A DNA stretch of 64,000 nt, from NCBI GenBank assembly GCA_004431415.1, contig QPMI01000133.1, positions 1 to 64,000 on the forward strand. The letters run 5' to 3'. This document shows positions 1 through 12,048 of the stretch, piece by piece. The position numbers and the translations under genes were made by a program. Numbering within the stretch: the first letter of the stretch is position 1; each line of letters starts with the position of its first letter. The notes beneath the pieces were generated by a model. The model was not told where the DNA came from and ran no database searches. It saw nothing but the letters and a program-made list of their open reading frames with translations. The DNA comes from Cyanophora paradoxa CCMP329 (Eukaryota; Plantae; Glaucophyta).

Positions 1-1401
1 GAGAGAGGAGAGGGGGGAGGGGCGGAGACGGGAGCCTTGCCGTGCTGATGCGTCCCGATTTGCGCTGCAGCTCTCGGGCCCTGTATCGGCGCGGCGAGCG
101 CAAGAGGCTTCCCTGCACAGCACGCGGTGCGCCTGGGCCCGCGCCGGGGGCGCCGCCCCATCGGCCGATGCGAAGGCTGCGCTGGGTCGCAGGGCGAGCG
201 CAGGCCGCTCGATCTCGCGCCGACGCTCTCGCCTCGCCTACGGCCTCACGGCGGGGCGCGCCAGATCCCTTCAGGGGGTACAGAGGTGCGCCCGAGCCCC
301 TAGAGGGGGACGGCGGGCGGGTGGGGGGGAGGGGGCGGGAGGGGGGGGGGGGCGAGAGAGGAGAGCGGGGGAGGGGGCGGAGACGGGGAGCCTTGCCGTG
401 CTGATGCGTCCCGATTTGCGCTGCAGCTCTCGGCCCTGTATCGGCGCGGCGAGCGGCAAGAGGCTTCCCCTGCACAGCACGCCGGTGCGCCTGGGCCCGC
501 GCCGGGGGCGCCGCCCCATCGGCCGATGCGAAGGCTGCGCTGGGTCGCAGGGCGAGCGCAGGCCGCGCGATCTCGCGCCGACGCTCTCGCCTCGCCTACG
601 GCCTCACGGCGGGGCGCGCCAGATCCCTTCAGGGGGGTACAGAGGTGCGCCCCGAGCCCCTAGAGGGGGACGGCGGGCGGGTAGGGGGGGAGGGGGCGGG
701 GGGGGGGGGGGGGAGGGGGGCGAGAGAGGAGCGGGGGAGGGCGGAGACGGGAGCCTTGCCGTGCTGATGCGTCCCGATTTGCGCTGCAGCTCTCGGGCCT
801 GTATCGGCGCGGCGAGCGGCAAGAGGCTTCCCCTGCACAGCACGCCGGTGCGCCTGGGCCCGCGCCGGGGCGCCGCCCCATCGGCCGATGCGAAGGCTGC
901 GCTGGGTCGCAGGGCGAGCGCAGGCCGCGCGATCTCGCGCGACGCTCTCGCCTCGCCTACGGCCTCACGGCGGGCGCGCCAGATCCCTTCAGGGGGTACA
1001 GAGGTGCGCCCCGAGCCCCTAGAGGGGGACGGCGGGCGGGGGGGGGGGGGGGGGGAGGGGGGAGGGGGGGGCGAGAGAGGAGAGGCGGGGGAGGGGCGGA
1101 GACGGGAGCCTTGCCCGTGCTGATGCGTCCCGATTTGCGCTGCAGCTCTCGGGCCCTGTATCGGCGCGGCGAGCGGCAAGAGGCTTCCCCTGCACAGCAC
1201 GCCGGTGCGCCTGGGCCCGCGCCGGGGGCGCCGCCCCATCGGCCGATGCGAAGACTGCGCTGGGTCGCAGGGCGAGCGCAGGCCGCGCGATCTCGCGCCG
1301 ACGCTCTCGCCTCGCCTACGGCCTCACGGCGGGGCGCGCCAGATCCCTTCAGGGGGGTACAGAGGTGCGCCCCGAGCCCCTAGAGGGGGACGGCGGGGGG
1401 T

Positions 1402-1443
<42 letters not shown>

Positions 1444-2078
1444 GGGGGGCGAGAGAGGAGAGGCGGGGGAGGGGCGGAGACGGAGCCTTGCCGTGCTGAT
1501 GCGTCCCGATTTGTGCTGCAGCTCTCGGGCCCTGTATCGGCGTGGCGATGCAAGAGGCTTCCCCTGCACAGCACGCCGGTGCGCCTGGGCCGCGCCGGGG
1601 GCGCCGCCCATCGGCCGATGCGAAGGCTGCGCTGGGTCGCAGGGCGAGCGCAGGCCGCTCGATCTCGCACGACGCTCTCGCCTCGCCTACGGCCTCACGG
1701 CGGGGCGCGCCAGATCCCTTCAGGGGGTTAAGAGGTGCGCCCCGAGCCCCTAGAGGGGACGGCGGGCGGTAGAGGGAGGGGCGGGAGGGGAGGGGGCGAG
1801 AGAGGAGAGGGGGGAGGGGCGGAGACGGGAGCCTGCCGTGCTGATGCGTCCCTATTTGCGCTGCAGCTCTCGGCCCTGTATCGGCGCGGCGAGCGCAAGA
1901 GGCTTCCCTGCACAGCACGCCGGTGCGCCTGGGCCCGCGCCGGGGCGCCGCCCCATCGGCCGATGCGAAGGCTGCGCTGGGTCGCAGGGCGAGCGCAGGC
2001 CGCTCGATCTCGCGCTGACGCTCTCGCCTCGCTACGGCCTCACGCGGGCGCGCCAGACCCCTTCAGGGGTACAGAGGG
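1..2078 (+). repeat. Tandem array of ~360-bp GC-rich unit (about 6 copies, open at window start)
   Basis: GTGCTGATGCGTCCC recurs at 42, 398, 761, 1117, 1493 and 1838. Length variation lies mostly in G-homopolymer tracts. Confidence 0.97.
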
Positions 2079-3819
2079 GTTAGCCGGGGGCAAGCTGCCC
2101 CCGCGGCCCTCGAACCGCGTACCCCCGGTACGCGGCCCGGGCCGACCCCCCACCACTGACGCCCTGCGAGGGCACTACCAGGGCACGTCGGCGGGTAGAT
2201 GATCTAGATCTAAATTAAAGACATCGCGGTCCTTACTGATGTATTCGCTGGGTCCCACCCTCGCTGCCCCGGCCCCGCGCGCGCCCCTAGCCTCGAACCT
2301 CGAACCACGAGCAGAAAGGGCGATCGGCCTCATTATCCAGAGCTGCGGACCTGAAGCGCTTTAAAACGCATATAGGTTTCTGTTTCAAAGCGTTGCACGT
2401 GTACCGTATACGTATGCGAATGATGCCTATGACTAGAACTGTCCTTTTTTTCCCCGTGATGCGTCGTATATTCAGGAACACCGCAGTACAGACTCCTACC
2501 TACTCCTTAGGTGGCCAAATATACGTATACTAGCCTGCCCAGGGCTCCTGCCGTCACTGGCCCCGACTCCCCAGGGCTTCAGACCCAGCAGACAGAGAGG
2601 TGGGAAGGGCGCTGAGAGCACCCGCGCAGTGATCATGAGTAGCCGACGGAGGACGCCCCCCACAGGTGATAATCTACGATGAGATTGGGCGAGGCCAAGG
2701 TTTCGAATTCGTCGGGTGGGCAGCCGGGTTCGGCATACGGAAGGAGTGAGAGGGGGTGGCGCATTGGGGGGTGGGACGCATGGGGACGGAGCTCGAGACA
2801 CCATGGGCGCCGGCAAAGGGCTGGAGGCCTAGGGGCGGGGCGCGGGGCTGGGGCAACTAGGCGAGCGAGAGAGGGGTGAAGGGGGGCCTGGGTTCGGGCA
2901 TTCGCTGACGTCGACGCTGATGGTGGGGGAGGCGGGGGTTCAGGATCGATATCTGGCCATGGGGCTGCGATGGAGGGCGAGGTACGGTGGGCCGGCGACG
3001 GCGTGAGGGGCGGAGTTGGGCGGGAGTGGCGAGCTGGAGGGGGCAATTAATTGCAAGGAGGTTCTCGGGCGCGGGGCAGCGGCTAAGGGCGCAGGCTGGG
3101 TTCGGGAACGCGTGCGCACGGTTTAGGCATGCGCAAATGGGCCCTTAAGCTTCTTGTAGTCGACGCAGATCTAGAGGAGCTATCGTTGCCTGCTGTGTGT
3201 CGGTGCTATCGAGCTGCAGCTTAACCTGCAGCACACGTGCAGCGTCGATATCTTGAACGCTAGTGCTGCAGTCCGGCCGCGGATCCGGATCCTCTGGTCA
3301 GAATATTAATGTCGTACCAAAACATGCTAGCACAACGTTATGTAGCCTTTTCAACGACTGTTAATGATATGTCTAGATAGTATAGCTGTTGTTCGTCCAG
3401 GAGCCTGCATGTGCAAGATGTTGTCTTGCATCGCACCTAGGCCTGTGCAGCTGCTGAGCCTTCCTTCAACTTTGAATTTCTGTTGACGAGGTGTAGTTCT
3501 ATGACAGCTAAATATATCGTTTGAACGCCCTTTAAAAGAGCTTTCAGAATATGTAAAGATGTCGGGGTTCAAAATTGCTCTTTTTCGAAGAAGAGCCAAC
3601 GAGATGTTCCGATGCGACAAAATCCTCAACATGTCGAATCACTCAGTGATCATGACCAGCTGACTCATCAAACCCGAGCCATGGCGACCAGTCTAGAAAA
3701 GCATAAAAGATGAATATAAAGCTTAAAAGAAGCCTGATATCATAGTATATCACTCATTGATTGAAATTCACGTGCGCCTGGGACATGGGGGTGCATGATC
3801 ATGATGAAGAGGCGAGAAG

Positions 3820-4565
3820 AGCTCTTCAAAGATGGGCGTCGGGGCCTGGAAGCTGCGGAGACTGGCCAGCCGCTGTCCAAACACCATGGGGCCTCTACGG
3901 ACGCAATTGCTAGGGGGCCGGGTGCTTTGCATATTGCTCGAGGGGTACGATGGCGCCTGAGAGACGGGGGAGCATGGAGGGGCGGGAGGGGCTCTTTGGA
4001 GATGGGCGTCGGGGCCTGGACGCTGCGGAGACTGGCGGGCCGCTGTCCAAACACCATGGGGCCTCTACGGACGCAATTGCTAGGGGGCCGGGTGCTTTGC
4101 ATATTGCTCGAGGGGTACGATGGCGCCTGAGAGACGGGGGAGCATGGAGGGGCGGGAGGGGCTCTTTGGAGATGGGCGTCGGGGCCTGGACGCTGCGGAG
4201 ACTGGCGAGCCGCTGTGCAGACGGCACAGGGTCTCTACGGACGCAATTGCTAGGGGGCCGGGTGCTTAGCATATTGCTCGAGGGGTACGATGGCGCTTGA
4301 GAGACGGGGGAGCATGGAGGGGCGGGAGGGGCTCTTTGGAGATGGGCGTCGGGGCCTGGACGCTGCGGAGACTGGCGGGCCGCTGTCCAAACACCATGGG
4401 GCCTCTACGGACGCAATTGCTAGGGGGCCGGGTGCTTAGCATATTGATCGAGGGGTACGATGGCGCCTGAGAGACGGGGGATCATGGAGGGGCGGGAGGG
4501 GAAGGCGGGAGGGGCCGGGCTCTTTGGAGATGGGCGTCGGGGCCTGGACACTGCGGAGACTGGCT
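3820..4565. repeat. 170-bp tandem repeat (~4.3 copies)
   Basis: GATGGGCGTCGGGGCCTGGA recurs at 3831, 4001, 4171, 4341 (period 170) and ~4528. Confidence 0.95.
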
Positions 4566-4600
4566 GGTCGAAGGCAGCCATCAAGAGGAGCCTCTAGTTC

Positions 4601-4667
4601 TCCAGACGCGATTGTCAAGTGGCAGCTTCAGCGCAGGAAGCTTCCAGACGCGATTGTCAAGTGGCAG
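4601..4667. repeat. 25-bp direct repeat
   Basis: TCCAGACGCGATTGTCAAGTGGCAG at 4601-4625 and 4643-4667. Confidence 0.85.
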
Positions 4668-4885
4668 TGGAGCCCGCCAGTACTAGTGCAGCGCTAGCGT
4701 CAGCCGAACCCATGTCGTAAATCGGAGGCTGGAAATTAAACTGGAGACAGTGGCATCTACACCTCGCGAAACTGACAGTGACAACGATCAGAGGGCTGGC
4801 CATTCGAACACGGTCGTACAAATATAGGAAATATTAATGGGCTAATGGGCGGGGCGATAACTAATGGGCGGGGCCAAGTGCCACC

Positions 4886-7800
4886 ACCGTGCTGTGCAGG
4901 GGAAGCCTCTTGCCGCTCGCCGCGCCGATACAGGGCCCGAGAGCTGCAGCGCAAATCGGGACGCATCAGCACGGCAAGGCTCCCGTCTCCGCCCCCTCCC
5001 CCGCCTCTCCTCTCTCGCCCCCGTCCACCTTTCGCCCGCCCCCTCCCCCCCTACCCCCGCGCTGTCCCCCTCTAGGGGCTCGGGGCGCACCTCTGTACCC
5101 CCCTGAAGGGATCTGGCGCGCCCCGCCGTGAGGCCGTAGGCGAGGCGAGAGCGTCGGCGCGAGATCGCGCGGCCTGCGCTCGCCTGCGACCAGCGCAGCC
5201 TTCGCATCGGCCGATGGGGCGGCGCCCCGGCGCGGGCCCAGGCGCACCGGCGTGCTGTGCAGGGGAAGCCTCTTGCCGCTCGCCGCGCCGATACAGGGCC
5301 CGAGAGCTGCAGCGCAAATCGGGACGCATCAGCACGGCAAGGCTCCCGTCTCCGCCCCCTTCCCCGCCTCTCCTCTCTCGCCCCCCTCCCCCCTCCCCGC
5401 CCCCTCCCCCTAGCCCCCGCCGTCCCCTCTAGGGGCTCGGGGCGCACCTCTGTACCCCCTGAAGGGATCTGGCGCGCCCCGCCGTGAGGCCGTAGGCGAG
5501 GCGAGAGCGTCGGTGCGAGATCGAGCGGCCTGCGCTCGCCCTGCGACCCAGCGCAGCCTTCGCATCGGCCGATGGGGCGGCGCCCCCGGCGCGGGCCCAG
5601 GCGCACCGGCGTGCTGTGCAGGGGAAGCCTCTTGCCGCTCGCCGCGCCGATACAGGGCCCGAGAGCTGCAGCGCAAATCGGGACGCATCAGCACGGCAAG
5701 GCTCCCGTCTCCGCCCCCTCCCCGCCTCTCCTCTCTCGCCCCCGTCCACCTTTCGCCCGCCCCTCCCCCCTACCCCCGCCGTCCCCTCTAGGGGCTCGGG
5801 GCGCACCTCTGTACCCCCTGAAGGGATCTGGCGCGCCCCGCCGTGAGGCCGTAGGCGAGGCGAGAGCGTCGGCGCGAGATCGCGCGGCCTGCGCTCGCCC
5901 TGCGACCCAGCGCAGCCTGCGCATCGGCCGATGGGGCGGCGCCCCCGGCGCGGGCCCAGGCTCACCGCCGTGCTGTGCAGGGGAAGCCTCTTGCCGCTCG
6001 CCGCGCCGATACAGGGCCCGAGAGCTGCAGCACAAATCGGGACGCATCAGCACGGCAAGGCTCCCGTCTCCGCCCCCTCCCCCGCCTCTCCTCTCTCGCC
6101 CCCCTCCCTCCCCGCCCCCCCCCCCCCCCCCCCCACCCCCCGCCGTCCCCCTCTAGGGGCTCGGGGCGCACCTCTGTACCCCCCTGAAGGGATCTGGCGC
6201 GCCCGCCGTGAGGCCGTAGGCGAGGCGAGAGCGTCGGCGCGAGATCGCGCGGCCTGCGATCGCCCTGCGACCCAGCGCGGTCTGCGCATCGGCCGATGGG
6301 GCGGCGCCCCCGGCGCGGGCCCAGGCGCACCGGCGTGCTGTGCAGGGGAAGCCTCTTGCCGCTCGCCGCGCCGATACAGGGCCCGAGAGCTGCAGCACAA
6401 ATCGGGACGCATCAGCACGGCAAGGCTCCCGTCTCCGCCCCCTCCCCCGCCTCTCCTCTCTCGCCCCCCTCCCCCTCCCCGCCCCCCCCCCCCCCCCCCC
6501 CACCCCCGCCGTCCCCCTCTAGGGGCTCGGGGCGCACCTCTGTACCCCCCTGAAGGGATCTGGCGCGCCCCGCCGTGAGGCCGTAGGCGAGGCGAGAGCG
6601 TCGGCGCGAGATCGAGCGGCCTGCGCTCGCCCTGCGACCCAGCGCAGCCTGCGCATCGGCCGATGGGGCGGCGCCCCCGGCGCGGGCCCAGGCGCACCGG
6701 CGTGCTGTGCAGGGGAAGCCTCTTGCCGCTCGCCGCGCCGATACAAGGCCCGAGAGCTGCAGCGCAAATCGGGACGCATCAGCACGGCAAGGCTCCCCTC
6801 TCCGCCCCCTCCCCGCCTCTCCTCTCTCGCCCCCTCCCCCTCCCGCCCCCTCCCCCCTACCCGCCCGCCGTCCCCCTCTAGGGGCTCGGGGCGCACCTCT
6901 GTACCCCCCTGAAGGGATCTGGCGCGCCCCGCCGTGAGGCCGTAGGCGAGGCGAGAGCGTCGGCGCGAGATCGCGCGGCCTGCGATCGCCCTGCGACCCA
7001 GCGCGGTCTGCGCATCGGCCGATGGGGCGGCGCCCCCGGCGCGGGCCCAGGCGCTCCGGCGTGCTGTGCAGGGGAAGCCTCTTGCCGCTCGCCGCGCCGA
7101 TACAGGGCCCGAGAGCTGCAGCGCAAATCGGGACGCATCAGCACGGCAAGGCTCCCGTCTCCGCCCCCTCCCCCGCCTCTCCTCTCTCGCCCCCCTCCCC
7201 CTCCCCGCCCCCTCCCTCCTACCCCCCCGCCGTCCCCCTCTAGGGGCTCGGGGCGCACCTCTGTACCCCCCTGAAGGGATCTGGCGCGCCCCGCCGTGAG
7301 GCCGTAGGCGAGGCGAGAGCGTCGGCGCGAGATCGCGCGGCCTGCGCTCGCCCTGCGACCCAGCGCGGCCTGCGCATCGGCCGATGGGGCGGCGCCCCCG
7401 GCGCGGGCCCAGGCGCACCGCCGTGCTGTGCAGGGGAAGCCTCTTGCCGCTCGCCGCGCCGATACAGGGCCCGAGAGCTGCATCGCAAATCGGGACGCAT
7501 CAGCACGGCAAGGCTCCCGTCTCCGCCCCATCCCCCGCCTCTCCTCTCTCGCCCCCCTCCCCCTCCCCGCCCCCTCCCCCCTACCCGCCCGCCGTCCCCC
7601 TCTAGAGGCTCGGGGCGCACCTCTGTACCCCCCTGAAGGGATCTGGCGCGCCCCGCCGTGAGGCCGTAGGCGAGGCGAGAGCGTCGGCGCGAGATCGCGC
7701 GGCCTGCGCTCGCCCTGCGACCCAGCGCAGCCTGCGCATCGGCCGATGGGGCGGCGCCCCCGGCGCGGGCCCAGGCGCACCGGCGTGCTGTGCAGGGAAG

Positions 7801-9244
7801 CCTCTTGCCGCTCGCCGCGCCGATACAAGGCCCGAGAGCTGCAGCGCAAATCGGGACGCATCAGCACGGCAAGGCTCCCGTCTCCGCCCCTCCCCCGCCT
7901 CTCCTCTCTCGCCCCCTCCCCCTCCCCGCCCCCTCCCCCCTACCCCCCGCCGTCCCCCTCTAGGGGCTCGGGGCGCACCTCTGTACCCCCTGAAGGGATC
8001 TGGCGCGCCCCGCCGTGAGGCCGTAGGCGAGGCGAGAGCGTCGGCGCGAGATCGCGCGGCCTGCGCTCGCCCTGCGACCCAGCGCGGCCTGCGCATCGGC
8101 CGATGGGCGGCGCCCCCGGCGCGGGCCCAGGCGCACCGCCGTGCTGTGCAGGGGAAGCCTCTTGCCGCTCGCCGCGCCGATACAGGGCCCGAGAGCTGCA
8201 TCGCAAATCGGGACGCATCAGCACGGCAAGGCTCCCGTCTCCGCCCCATCCCCCGCCTCTCCTCTCTCGCCCCCCTCCCCCCTCCCCGCCCCCTCCCCCC
8301 CTACCCGCCCGCCGTCCCCCTCTAGAGGCTCGGGGCGCACCTCTGTACCCCCCTGAAGGGATCTGGCGCGCCCCGCCGTGAGGCCGTAGGCGAGGCGAGA
8401 GCGTCGGCGCGAGATCGCGCGGCCTGCGCTCGCCCTGCGACCCAGCGCAGCCTGCGCATCGGCCGATGGGGCGGCGCCCCCGGCGCGGGCCCAGGCGCAC
8501 CGGCGTGCTGTGCAGGGGAAGCCTCTTGCCGCTCGCCGCGCCGATACAAGGCCCGAGAGCTGCAGCGCAAATCGGGACGCATCAGCACGGCAAGGCTCCC
8601 GTCTCCGCCCCCTCCCCCGCCTCTCCTCTCTCGCCCCCCTCCCCCTCCCCGCCCCCTCCCCCCTACCCCCCCGCCGTCCCCCTCTAGGGGCTCGGGGCGC
8701 ACCTCTGTACCCCCCTGAAGGGATCTGGCGCGCCCCGCCGTGAGGCCGTAGGCGAGGCGAGAGCGTCGGCGCGAGATCGCGCGGCCTGCGCTCGCCCTGC
8801 GACCCAGCGCGGCCTGCGCATCGGCCGATGGGGCGGCGCCCCCGGCGCGGGCCCAGGCGCACCGGCGTGCTGTGCAGGGGAAGCCTCTTGCCGCTCGCCG
8901 CGCCGATACAAGGCCCGAGAGCTGCAGCGCAAATCGGGACGCATCAGCACGGCAAGGCTCCCGTCTCCGCCCCCTCCCCCGCCTCTCCTCTCTCGCCCCC
9001 CTCCCCCTCCCCGCCCCCTCCCCCCTACCCCCCGCCGTCCCCCTCTAGGGGCTCGGGGCGCACCTCTGTACCCCCCTGAAGGGATCTGGCACGCTCCGCC
9101 GTGAGGCCGTAGGCGAGGCGAGAGCGTCAGCGCGAGATCGAGCGGCCTGCGCTCGCCCTGCGACCCAGCGCAGCCTGCGCATCGGCCGATGGGGCGGCGC
9201 CTCCGGCGCGGGCTTAATGGCACCGGCGTGCTGTGCAGGTGAAG
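4886..9244 (-). repeat. Tandem array of the same ~360-bp unit in inverted orientation (12 copies)
   Basis: The reverse-complement marker GTGCTGTGCAGGG recurs about every 360 bp from ~4889 to ~9228. Confidence 0.97.
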
Positions 9245-12048
9245 CTAGGCCTCGTGCAGCCTTCGCAGCGGGATTCGATCTGCAGCATGTAGGAGGCCGT
9301 CAGCGGCGCTCGGCGCAGGCGGCGGCGAGGGCTGGGAAGACCCCCGAACGAGATTTAGCATGCTGTTAGAAGGTCGCGCTGGCCCAGTCAGTCCACGTGC
9401 GCGTATCCGTGAGCCAGGAGCACGAATGGACCTGCTTTGGGACGTCAGCGGCGCGCGGCACACGGAGCTGCGAGGGCGGCGCAGGACGACGCTCCGCAGA
9501 GAACGTACATTGCATATGTCGAGTGCGCGTGCTCCAGACCCAGGCTGTAGCGGTGAATGAGGAGGCCCGGCTGTCAACAAACGCACAGATTGTGCGCAGG
9601 GCAAGGGGGGAGCGCGCCATGGAGAACGGAGCTCGCCACGCAAAGAGCTCTCTGCGGAGAGTGCGTTGGCAAGCGGCTGAGGTCATGAGCGACCGGGGCG
9701 CACGTAGCGGTGATCGCTGGCTCGTGCGCGGCTTCTGGGCCCGGGAAAACGGCAAGGCGCGGCCGCTCCGGACGCGCAACTACGCATCTATAGCGTACAT
9801 GAAGTTCGAGGATCGTGCGCACGGCCCCGTGCCTGTCGTCTGCGTGCCAAACGCCGTGGCAAGGCGAGCCGACCGCGGGGCGAAAAGGACGGAGGGCTTC
9901 GTCGAGACTGGAACTGGAGAGCATGCGCGCCGATTCAAAGCGAGTGCTGCTAGCGCCGAGCCCACGCGCGCCCTTGGAGCCGAGCTCCAGGCACAGGTTT
10001 CGAATCGCGGCACCCCCGGTGCTCTCTTCCCCCCCCCTCTCGCTTGAAGAACAAGAAAGCGATTCATTTCTCCCAGGTCGATCTTCCTGGCATGCTCCCC
10101 GGGTACGGGTGGTAGCGCCAAGCCGGCCAGCCGGCACCGGCCCGGCCCGGGCTTCTGGGGCCCGGCTTGGCTTGCGGCCAGGCTTGGCCGGCCAGACCGG
10201 ACCGGCCGGGCCGCAGCCGCGGCCGTGGGCCCGGGCCGGGCCCGGCCGGGCCCGGGCCCGGGCCCCGGGCCCGGGGCCGGGGCCCGGGGCGCCGCCGCGC
10301 CGGCCGGGCGCCCGGCCTGCGCTGCTGCGCATGCGCATGACTGCATGGGCCCGCCGGGCCGGGGCGCCGCGCGGGCGGGCCGGCGCCGGCGCCGCCGGGA
10401 CGTGGACGAAGCACCGAACCGGTTTTTGACGGTCGGCGGTTTCCCGACTCCAGCCTTAATTTCTAATTCTAAATTATCGCCCGGTACCTACGTTCGCACT
10501 GCTTCTGCCTGAAGGCTCTTTCCTTCCCAGATCCGATGTACCCCGAATCCCACGCAACTGCATTTTTCCAGCTAAGTATGCGAACCCGAAGCCTGAACTT
10601 CTGGGCGGTGGGCGACCGTGGGCCCTGAAGCCTGAAGGCTGATCATGACTCACTCAGACTCAGTGAAGGCCCGGGCCGCCCGGCCCAGCTGCGGCTGAGC
10701 TGCCCCAGGCCCCCAGCCTGGGGCCCCAGGGCCCCAGGCCCCCAGCACTGGCCAGCAGTGAAGGGCCCCGCGGCCGATTCCGGCCCCGAGTCCCGGGTAC
10801 TATTGGACGGCTCGTAGCACCCGGCTTCCGTACAAAAAAATCGAACACCCGGCTTCCGCAGCCTACTACTAGGCTACTAGCCACTACAGGCCAGTGAGGC
10901 CACCAATGGCCCACCATGGTCTGTGCCACGACTCTGTGGCACTAGTACGCCGCACTACCGGTACAGCAGTCGACCGAACCGTAGTAGTACGGTAGTACCG
11001 GTACACTGCCAGTGTGACAGTTACCGGCAGGCTGCCAGCCTGTGCCAGGCTCTGCCAGGCAGTGCCAGCCTTTAAATTTGCCAGGCCTGCGCCCTCCTCA
11101 GGAGTCAGGGACTCAGGGGCCAGGGCCTGCCAGGCTGCCAGGCTGCTGCCTCAGAGGCTCAGCCTGGGGGCCGGCCCGGCGGCCCCGGCCGGCCCGGCCA
11201 GGGTGGCCCGCCGGGCCGCCGCCCACGTGCATGGCAGGGCCCACTGCAGCTGGGCCAGGGCCCTCAGGGCCTGAGCGGCTGTCGCCGGCTCAGCGGCTGC
11301 AGGGCCTTCGCCTAGTAGCCTACTAAGCCTAGTAGTAGGCTGCAGCGCACTGCGGCAAGCTGATCATCGCCGCTGGACTCATCGCTAAGACTCTCTAGAT
11401 CTGAGAGTCGATCACGTGCACGGGATCGTCGGCCGGGCGATTTGCAAGCAGTTGCAAGCAGCCCGGCAGAGGCGTCAGCGCTGCGATTGAGGCCAAGGTC
11501 ACCCGGGTGCGCGTTCGCTGATGTGCTGGGCGTGCAGCAGCAGGCCTAGGAAGGAGCGGGCCATGCATATGCATTTGGCCAGGGAGAACGAGCCATGCCG
11601 CCGTCTTCTAGATCTAGGCTAGACGAGCCGCTGTGGGCCCGCCTAGACTGAGATCATGACTTGGTGAGTTAATGCGCAGTCATGGTTATAAGCATGCATA
11701 CTTGTACATATACATCTATAGCTATGTGAGCGGGTCTTCGTTAGGCGCGCAACATTAGCCGAGCTCGAGCCGGCCGGATTCGGAGCCTCGGACTCGAGGC
11801 TCGGAGCCGAGCCAGACCACGATATATATCCATACATGTACACGTGGCGCCGGCCAGAAGGCATATAAATATTGTGCAGTGGTCGTGCAAGCGCCGCGGC
11901 GGGCCAGAGAGCGCGAGCGAGGCATCCGTGGCGCCGCCGGAAAGAATGTTTTAACGAGCTCAAGCCCCCGAGACCCGCCAGGCCACCGCGAAGCTTAAGG
12001 CCCCTCATGATCATAATATATAACCGACACCGTCGGGCGCCCGCGCAG

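Noticed and set aside
1-9244. Dozens of overlapping unspliced ORFs in the arrays
   Set aside because: They are by-products of GC-rich repeats read in all six frames. Only the spliced model is considered.
3820-9244. CRISPR array
   Set aside because: The units are long and contiguous with no unique spacers, the context is eukaryotic, and no cas genes are present.
9245-10050. hAT transposase fragment (APFSMARSP)
   Set aside because: Only a short weak resemblance, with no DDE or dimerisation motifs.
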